A DNA stretch of 64,000 nt from Thermoplasmata archaeon (GTDB lineage Archaea > Thermoplasmatota > Thermoplasmata > Lutacidiplasmatales > UBA184). The DNA lies in NCBI GenBank assembly GCA_027314165.1, contig DAHVCH010000001.1:108590-172589 (forward strand), written 5' to 3'. Below the pieces are notes generated by a model. The model had not been told where the DNA came from, searched no databases, and worked only from the letters and a program-made list of their open reading frames with translations. The position numbers and the translations under genes are program-made. This document shows, piece after piece, positions 63,607-64,000 of this stretch (position 1 is the first letter of the stretch; the number at the start of each line of letters is the position of its first letter).

Positions 63607-64000
63607 GGGTCGGGAACGTGCCGGACGCAGGGGCTCAACGGGTCTCGCTCCACAAGCGCTCCGCGTTCATCGACCGCGAGGGAGAGACCCGTTCCGTCCA
63701 GGCGGCCCTGGACCGTGCCCTCTCGGGGGAGGGCTCCGCCCTGCTCATCGAAGGCACGGAAGGCATCGGCAAGACCCGGCTGGCCCGTTGGGCGGAAGAG
63801 AAGGCGCGCACCCTCGGGTTCGAGGTCCGTTGGGGACACGGTGTGCGCGACGGGCTCGTGCCCTTCATGCCGATCGAGCTCCTGTTCCGGACCGATCGCC
63901 GGCGCCCCCGGTCGGCGGGAGCCTCGACCGATGGACCGCAGGGCGAAGGGGCCCGGACCCGCCCGCCCATGCTCCTCGTCGAGGAGCCGCGCCCCCGCAC
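63607..64000 (+). CDS. AAA/archaeal-ATPase-domain protein, N-terminal part (gene continues beyond the window)
   Basis: FIDREGETRSVQAALDRALSGEGSALLIEGTEGIGKTRLARWAEEKAR has a Walker A GxxGxGKT in the context typical of the archaeal-ATPase/STAND N-terminal domain. It is truncated at the window end. Confidence 0.4.

Overview
This is a 64 kb fragment at about 70% GC that reads as an archaeal chromosome; the main novelty candidates are an Ehr-type hydrogenase-related membrane complex that has lost its [NiFe] ligands and a vWA + GTPase + coiled-coil three-gene module. Evidence for an archaeal origin includes a class I CCA-adding enzyme, TrmY, aCPSF2, NOG1, FtsZ, a KaiC/FlaH-like ATPase, archaeal-type TIM, and a heavily N-glycosylation-sequon-rich surface protein with a C-terminal TM anchor. 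About 60 protein genes are supportable. They cover housekeeping and central metabolism (lipA, queC, ppnK, IMPase, gcvPA/gcvPB, pfk, tpiA, purB, carbamate kinase, two e2b2/eIF-2B-family isomerases, M24 and M14 peptidases) and tRNA and RNA processing (cca, trmY, aCPSF2). The Ehr-type cluster runs as a compact six-gene unit from 19036 to 26877, with fused NuoC/D and fused ferredoxin/NuoB subunits. Other notable pieces are a B12-type radical SAM gene paired with a UbiD-family decarboxylase, a tandem pair of DUF1059 small proteins, an MscL fused to a zinc ribbon, an orphan DNA methyltransferase, a SAM methyltransferase broken at a poly-C tract, two stop-rich short tandem repeats, and a roughly 600-bp ORF-less structured region with an upstream TATA box that may encode an ncRNA. 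I saw no tRNA, rRNA, CRISPR array or IS element by eye; that scan was not exhaustive. Many long ORFs antisense to real genes are GC-driven artefacts and were rejected.
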